Shown: positions 25,963 to 36,499 of the stretch, piece by piece
How positions within the stretch are numbered: the stretch's first letter is position 1
Layout of the letters: every line of letters begins with the position of its first letter
DNA from: Minutocellus sp. GHC0000111
Taxonomy: Eukaryota
NCBI GenBank assembly: GCA_977018835.1
Contig: OZ361257.1
Coordinates: 2,852,001-2,916,000, forward strand
Reading direction: 5' to 3'
DNA length: 64,000 nucleotides
Notes under the pieces: generated by a model
Database searches by the model: none
What the model was told of the DNA's origin: nothing
Seen by the model: the letters and a program-made list of their open reading frames with translations, nothing else
Position numbers and translations under genes: made by a program

Positions 25963-26316
25963 GGTGGTCGTAGTCTATGGTTTGTCTGGCTGAGCACTTA
26001 TCCGCCGATCGGCACTTTGTGATGGGTGGTGGGGATTTGCCGGAAGATGCGGAAAAAAAGATGCCGCGCGCCAGCCAGGGAGGAACAAATGGTTCTCTGC
26101 GATAATTTTTTGAGGATTCACAACACACCGAATTTCCTCACAGTTGGACTCGCTCGACTGAAACGAGACCAGGTGTGAGACCAGGTCGAGACCATGGGCA
26201 ATGGGCAAAATAACATTGTTATTATTAGCCCATGGTCGAGACCAGGTCGAGCATACACGCGCGTGATGTTGGCACTCCAAGCCGAATGAATCAGTCAGAC
26301 ATCATGATGAAGAGCA

Positions 26317-27609
26317 ATGGTGGTAGTGATGGCACGCCTTCCTGCCCGTGCTGTGCCTTTCTTCCGGACAATCTGTTCCTCCCATCGCCTGAAACAACAT
26401 CTCATGATTCGAATCGAGAGTAGCTGCAAGAATAAGGATGATGGTGGTGGTGCTGGGACATTGCCCGCCGGTAGCACCGCCTCATCGGTGCCAAGTCCAA
26501 GTGAGGCATGGGAACTCCTACTTCGTCAGTCAGCAGAACGAGAAGAGGGTACGATGATCGTGGATACTCATGGACATCCTCAGCTCGAGCGAGACGCTGA
26601 TAATGCTGATTATGATGGAAGTAGTGCACGTAGCGGCTCACGTCGTGTTGACGTAGGTTTAGCATCGTCAAATGCAAATCTCTCCACAATATCAGTTGTA
26701 TGTGCGGTATCAACGGATGATTGGCAGTCAACACTGAAGTATGCGGCAGACTCGTCCCGTCGGGAGAGGACACTGCCTGCACTTGGTGTCCATCCATGGT
26801 ATTTGTATCCGGATCTGAGCCCCTCGTACCTTTCCGATCTTGAATCGCTTCTCGTGCAACATCCGCGGGCAATCGTTGGAGAAATTGGCCTGTGCAAGGT
26901 TGCCAAGTTCGTCCGCCAGTATCCTGCAGAGCTGGGTGGGAAGTCAGCTGCTCTGGAATTGCAACGAAGCGTGTTTCGTGATCAATTTCTTCTAGCGGCG
27001 AAACGACGCCGACCATGTACGGTCCACTGCGTGCAGCAGCATGGAGTATTGATGAGGCTGTTGAAGGAAGTACGCGAAGATGCCTTGAAGGTTGTCAGGG
27101 AATGGAAGAGGGCACAAACGAAGACGAAGGCGAAAGGAGGGGGGGCGGGAAAGGAACGTTTGAATGGACAAGGAGCGCCAAAGCTTACTGATGCATTTCC
27201 GTCGGCAGTCGCCATGCATTCCTTCACTGGAACAGCGCACCACGTAAAAGAACTTCTTGCCTTTGAGGCGTCGTTAATGAGCAAAGAGGACAAGCCCGGT
27301 GCAACTTCAAGTCAAGACATAACGGCACCGATTTTTTATTTTGGGTTCTCACATGCAGTCAATGTTGGAATGTGTTCCTCTGACAAAAGTCGGACGCAAA
27401 ACATTGAGGCTATCCAGGCAGTGCCGATGAATCGCCTCTTGGCTGAGTCGGACGTTCACTGTACGGTCGATGTTGAAACTGGAACATCAGGGGCATTAGC
27501 CTATCTTTCTCTCGCGACTGGAGCGGAGATAGCAGACATGGCAGACACAACAACGAAAAATGCTTTGGATTTTCTAAGTTCTGTTGTTTACATGCAGGAT
27601 AAATTTTAA
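26317..27609 (+). CDS. TatD-family DNase
   Basis: Motifs IVDTHGH, LGVHPW, VGEIGL, TVHCV, MHSFTG and RLLAESD. Confidence 0.9.
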   Translation: MVVVMARLPARAVPFFRTICSSHRLKQHLMIRIESSCKNKDDGGGAGTLPAGSTASSVPSPSEAWELLLRQSAEREEGTMIVDTHGHPQLERDADNADYDGSSARSGSRRVDVGLASSNANLSTISVVCAVSTDDWQSTLKYAADSSRRERTLPALGVHPWYLYPDLSPSYLSDLESLLVQHPRAIVGEIGLCKVAKFVRQYPAELGGKSAALELQRSVFRDQFLLAAKRRRPCTVHCVQQHGVLMRLLKEVREDALKVVREWKRAQTKTKAKGGGAGKERLNGQGAPKLTDAFPSAVAMHSFTGTAHHVKELLAFEASLMSKEDKPGATSSQDITAPIFYFGFSHAVNVGMCSSDKSRTQNIEAIQAVPMNRLLAESDVHCTVDVETGTSGALAYLSLATGAEIADMADTTTKNALDFLSSVVYMQDKF

Positions 27610-27722
27610 TTAATGCAAGTGATATTATTACGTGGTCATTCTAATGTTTCTCTGGGGTACTAAATCATGTACTTGACTCAGTAGATCCACTGCTTCACTC
27701 AGCGTTGCCATTGCCAATATTT

Positions 27723-29316
27723 CTATGCCTTACTCAATATATTCCAGCCATCATGATACACATTGTCAACATGGCAGGATATACCAGAGCAGGGACCGCG
27801 GACAAAGCGCTTGGGCATTCGATTGGCTAGAAAGGAAACAATGCGGGGACTCCACGGGAGCGAAAAGAACAGTTTGGACAGTCCAGGTATCCTCATCGTC
27901 CATCCGAACCAAAACAGGAGGACATCCATGTTTGCGCTAGCAGAGAGGTCAGTATAGCCCCTGGCGAATAGCCGATTGATGTAGGGAGAAATTTTGGCGA
28001 TCCGATTGTGCTTGAGCAGAAGCGGAATGTGCGGCCGGAGGAGAGGCAGATGAGGACCTACTGCGTCTAGCTGAGATACATACGTCTCTAGGTGGGGCAG
28101 CAGTTGCTCGGCCAAGTCGTAACGACTACCCTTGCTCATTTCATGCTCATCTAGTTCTGCGTATAGTAGTAATTCGTCGATGTGCTTGAGAAGGAGGCCA
28201 GTGTATGGAGCCAGCGCGTCGATGTTGTCTAAAATCCAGGGCAGGTGGGGCTCAATATCATCAAACCGGTCCAGAATCTCATCAAGGTAGGGCTCGATGG
28301 AGTGCAAATGACGGCTGTTGTTGAGAACTCTCTCGAGGATTCTGGCCACATGATCCTCGAGCTTGTCCAACCTAGCCAAGATTGCCGGCACATGCGCAAC
28401 GAGCGTGGGGGTCGCCGGGTCTGCCAAATACCGCAGTCGATCTGGGTTCTCGACTAACCCCTTGACGATTCTCACTCCGCTCTTGCGCTGATGATCAACA
28501 AACTCCGAGACGGAATTCCAGTGCCTATTCTTTGGCCCTTCTCTTTCCTTGACGCGGTAAAGCTTCCGCATCAGGACTTGCGTGCTGGTCGTCAAACGAT
28601 TCATCGAACGGCCGAGATGCCGAAGCGTGGCCTTTGCGGGATTGTCTTCCTTGAGCAAGTCTGTTAGGACGGCCACGGGATAAGCCGGTCGCTCCAGACA
28701 CAGCATGCGCCGTTCGATGTCCTGCAATTCCATCTGCTGCCGCACAATTGATCGGCGAAGGACGCCTGCCCGTGCCCTCATGGCATCGAGATTCTCGGAC
28801 GAAAGCAGAGCTTGGTGCGCCACCGTCAGTGCCTCCGCGGTCGGGTCGAGTGTTTTCCTTGCCTGACTCCGTTCTTTCTTTTGTTTGAGATACAATTTCG
28901 CCTCCCTTCGTCTTTCGTCTCTCCGCCTTGTCACTTGCGGTCGGACTGACTGACCTGGTGCCTCTTCACTGGTACGAGTATTGTTCTCTGTGGTTGCACT
29001 GGTGCTGCCATTCTTCCCACCGCTACCATCGTCGAGGGGCACATGCAAGGCTTGTGAGTGAAGCCTCACGCTACTCGCACGTGCAACTGTCCCGGCAGTT
29101 TTTGCAGTACTAGTAAACAAAGGAGATAGCGTTGCGCACGAACGCGCTGGGTGTGTGGAAGGCCGAAACAGCGAAAGAAGGGCAGTGACTACGAAAAAGA
29201 CCGAGGAGGATGGCCGAGGCAAGTGCAATGCGATTGTTCTTAAAGCGCGATCGGCACCATCCCGGTCCACTGGCTTTACAATGCGTTTGCCGCTTTTCGG
29301 TCTCCATCAGTGCCAT
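27723..29316 (-). CDS. Hypothetical, probably plastid-targeted protein with helical (PHLP/PYL-type) repeats; frameshifted at 29108-29115
   Basis: Long ORF 27723-29270. A signal-like N-terminus (IALASAILLGLF...AVSAF) lies in the adjacent frame and ends in a stop inside the palindrome TACTAGTA. Confidence 0.65.
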
Positions 29317-29551
29317 CGCAAAGATCTTAACTGGAGGAATATGGGGCGACAGCGTTGCCATCAATGCCATTGGGACGTTGGCCAAGCTTAACTGGAGGAG
29401 TACGAATACTGTAATGCAAATATGGCTCGTTTTGACGTTTTCGCCGTTGGTTCGTTCTATTTTGAGATGTGCGCGGCCGCGCGAGAGCGACGTGGCTTTT
29501 TCGATTTTGTAACAGGGATCGGGAGATTGGTAAATGCGACATGATATGATA

Positions 29552-30320
29552 TGAGGGCTGATGGGGCGGACGTGCCGGACGTGGCCATGCCTGAACATCT
29601 GAACAGCCACATCCATCCATCATCATCATGGAGAGCGTCGGCTGCACGAGGATTGACAGAACCGAGGCGAACAAATGTGCTCTTTTTGTGTGGGGTTCGC
29701 TGAACGTCGTCGGCAAGGCAGTGTCTTGACACCATTTCATCCCATCCATTCTGGTTGTCTGTCCTCACAAAAAACACATCGCAGTGTGTCTTCGTCGTCG
29801 TGTGTTTCTTCTTCTTCAAACCCAAGATGCCCGCAGTGTGCACGACGGCGCCGCACATGATGGGACTGCATCCCAACACATTCATCAAGGAGTCGTTGTT
29901 GTTGCCGATGAAATTGTAGCAATGAAGTTCCTTTCTGCGAAGACGGACGAGTGGTTCAGCCAGGCAGGGCGTCCTGCACCGCAACTCTGTCTGCGGTGTT
30001 GACCGCGGGATTGCGGCCGTTGTTTTTTTGCTCATGGAGAGTTGTGGATCGAGACCAACGGGAACATCACCAGGATGTCGGGAGCACCTGGTTGGTCTCG
30101 TGCCGTGACTCTCCCACACCAGCGCGAGATGTCGCCTTCGCTCTGCACGCAGCGGCGGCAATTTGAATTTTTGCCGCCATGGTGGCTCGCGTTGGGCACG
30201 CCGGTCGGTTGCTTCGCGCGCCGGCCGGCCACCAAAAGTGCGACCAAAAGTATGCGAGTCATCCGGCTGGCAGATGGTGCTGTGCTGACGCTGCTGCTGC
30301 AGCTGCCATCACAGGAATTC
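29552..30320. mobile_element. Degenerate repeat/TE relic, extremely TpA-depleted
   Basis: Only two TA dinucleotides (29917 and 30251) in ~770 bp; TG/CA-rich; small hairpin ggcggcaa...ttgccgcc at about 30153-30178. Confidence 0.55.
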
Positions 30321-30556
30321 CTAGCTAGCAGCTGCGTGCCTAGGCCTAGGTGCCTACGAGGTCCGGGACAGCAATTTCGGGGACCCGGTTTTTTGGGTCT
30401 TTGGACTTTCCGACACGGCGGTTTGCGCGCACCTTGAAAAACACGCGGCAAAGCAAGCAAATCAAAACACATCCGTCAACAACCGACCTCCAAGCAATTA
30501 CCACAAATAGACTGGGCAACTTCTGCCGACTGGCGCTTCAAGAAGCTTCCATACTC

Positions 30557-31625
30557 ATGGATACTCCAAAGGGACACATCTTCAGTCCACCGCGTCCACC
30601 GAAACGCGCCGAGGCGACTGCATTCAGCCCCTCGCGCCATGAGAAGGAAACTTCCAACGAAACGCCGGAACATCCGCGGTATCGAGAGAACAAGGACAAC
30701 GATGACGAGGAGGACAACCAAGGGGTCCCACCGGCATCGTCAGACCTCACATCTCCTCGTGTGTTGAAATATCGACGCGAGTACAACGAAGAGGATGGCT
30801 TCGCCGCCGAACAAGCCCAAGCAAGGAAGTACTTGCATCATGACATATTGCGTGCCGACTTTCGCGGTACCGCTACCGTTTCATCTCATTCTGATGAAGA
30901 TGATTCATTCTCAGAGATGAGCATAGCAACCGCCGACGCAAAGCCAAGCGGCGAGAGGAGAAAGCCCGTGAGCTCATTCGACCTTCCCTCCACCACGCCC
31001 ATGGTAACAAGTCCAATGTCAGTTCATACTCAGCATGCTCTTACCCCAAGCCGCTCATGCCCGTCGTTCAGCAACCTTCAATTGTCATCCCCTACCATCT
31101 TGGAGCCCTTGCCTCCAACCGAACGACAGATTGAACGAGAGGTTGAGGAACATCGGAGGCTTGCGTGCTTTTTGACGTACGGAGAAGCACCACTACCACA
31201 AGATATAAAGAACTACAAGTCACCCACATGTAGTCAGAGGCCCGAACCAAGAAGAAAAGAGAAAGGGGTCTACCTCCCCTTCAAACAAGTTCCTGGTTGG
31301 GGTAGCGAGGTCGCGGTCACCACAATGGTGGAGAAGCAGAGAACTCGGATTGTATGATAACAAGAGAATAGAATTCTCTATTGCATTATCTACTGACAAG
31401 ATTGCATTAGATGCATATAAGTTGGGATATGAGGATGGGAGTAAACAACCAACTGCTCACCCTGCCCTCACTGACAATAAACTTGCCGATGCATATGGTG
31501 TGAAGCGCGGAAAGATTCGTCAGTCCCTCCACGCTGTGTGGCTTTCTAATGATCATAAGAAGGCCAAGGAGGCAAAAAAGAATACCGGTAGAAATAGAAG
31601 AACAAAGAAGCCCACCGTGATATAA
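30557..31625 (+). CDS. Transposon-associated hypothetical ORF (one frameshift) with a C-terminal HTH-like motif
   Basis: A disordered N-terminus, then a second frame open from about 31209, ending LTDNKLADAYGVKRGKIRQ and a basic tail. Convergent with the transposase. Confidence 0.5.
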
Positions 31626-31720
31626 ACAAACCAATGCTGCTGCATCTTACATGTAGATCTATAAATAATTTGTAGACGTGTAACATTTATTTAATACATG
31701 TGTAAAGACATTAACACTAT

Positions 31721-33598
31721 CTATTTATTAGAAGGATGACGAGCTGAGGGCTCCATCCCCTTGGCCGTTTCGTTGAAGTCGATCCTAATTCCAGTGTGCA
31801 AGTTTTCGTCACCCAACCTTCCAACAAACTCATTGCTACCACCGGCCTTAATCACCAGGCCCATTATCCTCCAGTACTGAATGAAGGCCGAAGCAATTTT
31901 GCAGTTAGGCATGCTATCGTAAACGTCCTCGGCAGTGTCCCAGATCTGGTCGGTGGAAATGACGGAGGTGCCTACCATTTTTCGTGCCCATTCCGAGTGC
32001 CGCCGGCTCATCGCGGGGAACACGCTCAAGTCAAGGACGTTGGCGTGAGGCATCTGCGGTGCCTGTGGCTGCCACGTCCAGCCTTGCTCAGCACAGAAGT
32101 TAGTAACAAATTGCGTGAAGGTTCCGTCCTCGTGAGGCCCGGCCTGGTCGCCCTGGACAATAACATGGCAATCTTCGCATTGCTTGCCCGGACCGACAAG
32201 GTTGAGAATCGCTGGGAAAATAGTCTCCTTGAATACGAGGAGCAAAGAGCATTTCGGATCCTTTTTGGTGCCTTCGTTCGATCCAGTAACGCAACAATCA
32301 ACAAGAAACGACTCTCCTTTCCGGCGAAGAGGTTCCTTTGGTGTCCCATCGGGGTTGGCATTTGGGCACCGCATTGAACCATCAGGCTGTGATGCTGCTT
32401 CGTGCTGAGCTCGCTCCGCTATTTTAGGAGCTTGAGCTCGTACCAGTGGCAGTTTTACAACCTCGCACCCACTCTCAAGAGAACCGTCAAAGACAGCGGC
32501 AACAAATGCAATGGCCATGACCTTGTTGATGTGGCTCCTGTGAAAGGCCGCGTAATCTCGCTTTTTCACGCCGATTTCCTCGCAAGCCTTCGCAAAAGCT
32601 CGGAGGATGAGACCCCAGAACCATTTCTCATCGCAATGCACGAGGAGAACTCGCTTCTTTCCATTCGGTAAATTGCCGTTCTCATCCCGAATGTTCCAGA
32701 AATTCCGCACGAGCTGAGCAAAGGCCAGATGCTTAGCTTTTTGAGCCTCCGACAGGCGCGGCACCAGCCGCTCCTTGTAGAAAGTGAAGGTGTCGAATGA
32801 CTTGAGCCACCGCTCAATCGTCTTGTGCGAGCACCACAGACCAATGTCCTGCTCCAAACCACGGAACGATCGCTGAGGATTGCTGGAAAGGGCCGCAACA
32901 ATGTCGTTCTGTGTGTGCGGCTGCCTTGCCAAGCAAGTGCTGCTCCCGCCTCTTCAGCTCCCACAGCTGCTTGTCATCGTCGCTGATGGTGTCGTACTCG
33001 GTCAGGTACGTTTTGAGCAACTCATTGTCAGCCTCCTTCGATACAGAATCATAGCAGTCTTCCTTTGCCTCTCTGCACTCATTGATTGCATGCAGGCGCT
33101 TAGCAGTGAAGTGCTGCTCAGCCGTCTTGTAATTGTCAATGGTAGACTTTGGCCGAACCGACGAATCCTTGGGAGCGGGGGTGACAAATGCAAGCTCGGC
33201 CTGATCTGCTGGTATGCCCCGGGCAATGGCATTCTTCCGAGACTCGTTCTGGATGTCTCGCAGCCCATTCTTACCCTTCCTTCCCCCACGCTCTGCAGAG
33301 CTCACGAGCAGTGACCCTCCCATCCGACTGAAACTTCTGCGATGAACTGTTCCTACTTGAGTGCTGCGTCCCTCCGGTGCTCTTCAAATGCACTTCCAGA
33401 AGCAATCCCTGGGCAAAAAGCATGCTCTTGTCCTCGTCGTTCAATCCCTTCTTGCCTTTGGTTGCTCGATTCGCCGCCTCCTTTCGAAGATGTCCCGGAG
33501 ATTTTACGAGTGAAATTGGACGACGGACGGACCAAATTTTTGTTAGTGTACGTACACGGGTCAACCCCCATAGCTGCTGCGCGGAGTGGCGGCGCCAT
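31721..33598 (-). mobile_element. Tc1/mariner (ITm) superfamily transposase, DD38D, related to DD39D plant/oomycete-type mariners; N-terminus broken by frameshifts
   Basis: Motifs PRLSEAQKAKHLAF, HCDEKWF, INKVM, QGDQAGPH and QAPQMPHANVLDLSVF. There are 38 residues between the second and third D. Upstream overlapping ORFs are 32814-33323 and 33271-33673. Confidence 0.88.
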
Positions 33599-33863
33599 GC
33601 GCGGGCGAACATTTCTTCCGGGTTCTGTTCCGCTCCGGACTGAAACGAGCAACACGGCAAAAGGGAAAGACACATGTGCCTGGGGTCTGGACGGAGTGAC
33701 GTTTCCCTGTCCTGGCTCACGGAAAAGTCCTGCTCTAGACTAGTATCGGGGTCAATGTAGTAGGTCGTCCGGGGATGCGGTACCAGCATCACTGCCTAGC
33801 TAGCAGATCACACGAAGACAAGCCAGACTCGTCTTCTTCTTCTCATGCCTGCCCGTGCGTAAA

Positions 33864-33950
33864 CATTGTACCAAAGTAATTTTATTGCTGATTACTGCTT
33901 AGAAGGATGTTGTAGACCATAATCAACAATAAAATTACTTTGGTACAATG
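33864..33950. repeat. Near-perfect inverted repeat: 31-bp arms (1 mismatch), 25-bp spacer
   Basis: cattgtaccaaagtaattttattgctgatta ... taatcaacaataaaattactttggtacaatg. Confidence 0.95.
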
Positions 33951-35568
33951 GTCTCGGTGCTCTTTTAGCACATGATATAGATACGGTATTAGAGTGTTTC
34001 TTTTGGTACACTATTGTTTGAAAATTTATTTTTATGTCGTAGAATGGACTTGTGCTGCTTCAAGAAAGAAAAAATACATCAAACTTTATAACGAAACAAA
34101 ACCCATTTCGTTCAACGAATGGGGCCACAACATGTGTCGCCGACGTGCCTCCCATTGAGAACAATCAAGACTACGGGGCACCATACCCTTGCAATAGCCT
34201 TTCACAACACTGTGGTGCAGCAGGAGACTTGCGATTACTTTTTTGAGCCTTGAAAAATTCGTTCGCGTTAGACCCGATTTTTTCGACAGTTTCCGACGTT
34301 CCATCACGACCATGTTCGCCCGATGTACAGCACCACGCCGGCCATCGCATACACTCTGACCACCTAGATGCCTTCCTGAATATTACTGGAAGGGATTTTT
34401 GGGCGATAGCGGTGCGTCGGTGCGTGCCTGTACTGCGAAATGTGGCCCAGCGCCATTACCACCCCCATTACACCACCCACCCGAAAGTTGGTCCGGATGC
34501 TTTTATGCGGTCCATGCACCACTTCCGTTGCACTGAGCCGTCGACGCTTCACCCATATATATACCAAGCGCATTTGAGTGGGGGGTGGTGGCATTTCTTG
34601 ACAATTCATAGAGAAAACTATTCCCAAAGTCCCGTGTCTGATGTCGGCACCAGATTTCACCTTCATTGCTTCTGCCGCCCGAGAGGAACGAAACCGGAGA
34701 AAGCGGCCAAACCAACAAGTGAGATCGATGGATGTAATATAGAATGAGCATCGTGCGTGCTGATATTGCGTGAAGGAACAGTGGTTGAGGCTTGAAGGGG
34801 GTTGTAGTTGGGGATTCGCTACTTTCAGATGTTTTTGCTTTCCATGGTGACGGCCACAATGATACAAAGATGGGGCCCAATATCGACCCTCTGGCGCAAA
34901 CTTGCTCCCAATATTACCCAAGTGAAAGTAATGCCGGTCAGGGAGGATTGAAATGGATGTAGACAAGCATCAGCCATCATTCTTTGCCATTTTGAGGGTA
35001 AAAACATATTGAAAATTTCTGGGCATGAGGAGATGTTGCTAAAATAGCACATGATGTACGAATGAGTTTGCTTTCAAGTATGCAATACTCACCTAACGCA
35101 TGTAGTTGGCGTATACATCGGTTGGCTTGGAGTTATTTATCGTTATACCATCATTTGGTGGCCTTCTTGTGGAGATGAATTCTCCTTGCTTTCGTCGCGT
35201 TGAGAAAGGCCATCTAGTGGGTTCATTTTTGCGCTGCATAAAGTATCGCACAAAAAAAATTCTAGTGCCTTACTATTTACGGCGATTTTTGTCGGCGGTC
35301 TCGTGGAATCACTCAACATGTACCGGTACATGTAGTCTACATTATTGATCTTATCCTCAGATGACAATCTGGTAAACGTTTACGTAGATTCTACTGACTA
35401 TACATGTAATAGAATAGAATAGAATAGAATAGAATGTACCGGTAGATCTACATGTGTACATGTGTACCGGAATAGGTACCGGTAGTCCGGGGCTCAATGA
35501 GCCCCTGCGGTAGTGATAATAAAATGCTGGTGTAATTCTGGAATTTCTAATTCTTACTTGTATTCTTC

Positions 35569-36367
35569 TTATCTTCTCGTTGATGGAATTCTCACAACGA
35601 ATCTGTCATCGATGTCCCAGTCCGAGACAGGAAAGTGCCATGCCATTCCTCCGTCTGGACAGGGATTGCCTTGAATCTCTCTACTAAAAAAGTCGGGGGT
35701 AGAGAACCCAATGGATCTATCGACACATTCGTTTCCAACAAAGGCCGTAAAGTTGTAGTTGACAATGTGGGAGCTGTACCATCGTCGAAAGAGCCGTGGC
35801 TCCAGCATTTCCAGCTTGTGGTCGCGCATCTGATCATTACTTACTAGCATTGGTCGCGTGCCGGGCCAACGTCCGTCCTCGTTCTGTGGTGATACATCAA
35901 TGTTGGCACCGTTGCGTGAAGCAATCTGATCCGAGACCGAAGCAATCATCCAGTAATAGTCATCCAACAACCTCGGCGGGACGCGATAGAGCATTCCTTT
36001 CTCAATCAGACTGCATTATAAAGGAAGAGGAACGAAATGAGGTAGGTACCCTGTTAGAGACTCTTAAAACGAAAGGTCCAACGCGACCGCAAATCTAACG
36101 ATGGAAAAAGTCACTTACCCATCTCGAATATTAATTTCCTCGTCGGTGAGACGCTGCAACTCTCCAGCGAATCCGGTATTGATTTTAAACGAATCAAAGC
36201 CATATTTATAGGGCAATACGACCAGAGGATTCTCCTTCAGCTTGATCAAAGCATCGACCACAAATTGGATTTGATGATAGTTGAACCTGCCCTGGTCAAA
36301 GTTTTGCATGTAATATGCTGCATTTGCACCGTCAACGATGGCAGTGAATGGTTCTCCGGTTCGAGTG
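35569..36367 (-). pseudogene. PRORP: 3' part (NYN metallonuclease domain) of proteinaceous RNase P; the PPR-encoding 5' part is absent
   Basis: Motifs PFTAIVDGAN, DDYYW, LVSNDQMRDH and WHFP; intron 36011-36118. The upstream intron with a (TC)n tract runs into SHPRH sequence. Confidence 0.85.
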
Positions 36368-36499
36368 CTTTCGTTCAAGATGTCATGGCAATTGTCGTGT
36401 CATTACAAGAGAGAGAGAGAGAGAGAGAGAAAATTGAACAAAGGCACGAAAAATGGCCCATCGGTGAGTGACGACTAGCGCATAGCCTCACGCCCAATT

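Noticed and set aside
30350..31625. Fanzor/TnpB cargo in the mariner element
   Set aside because: No RuvC D-E-D motifs or zinc finger are visible in the partner ORF.
35408..36430. (AATAG)n at 35408-35434 and (AG)n at 36408-36430
   Set aside because: Ordinary microsatellites, not telomeric.
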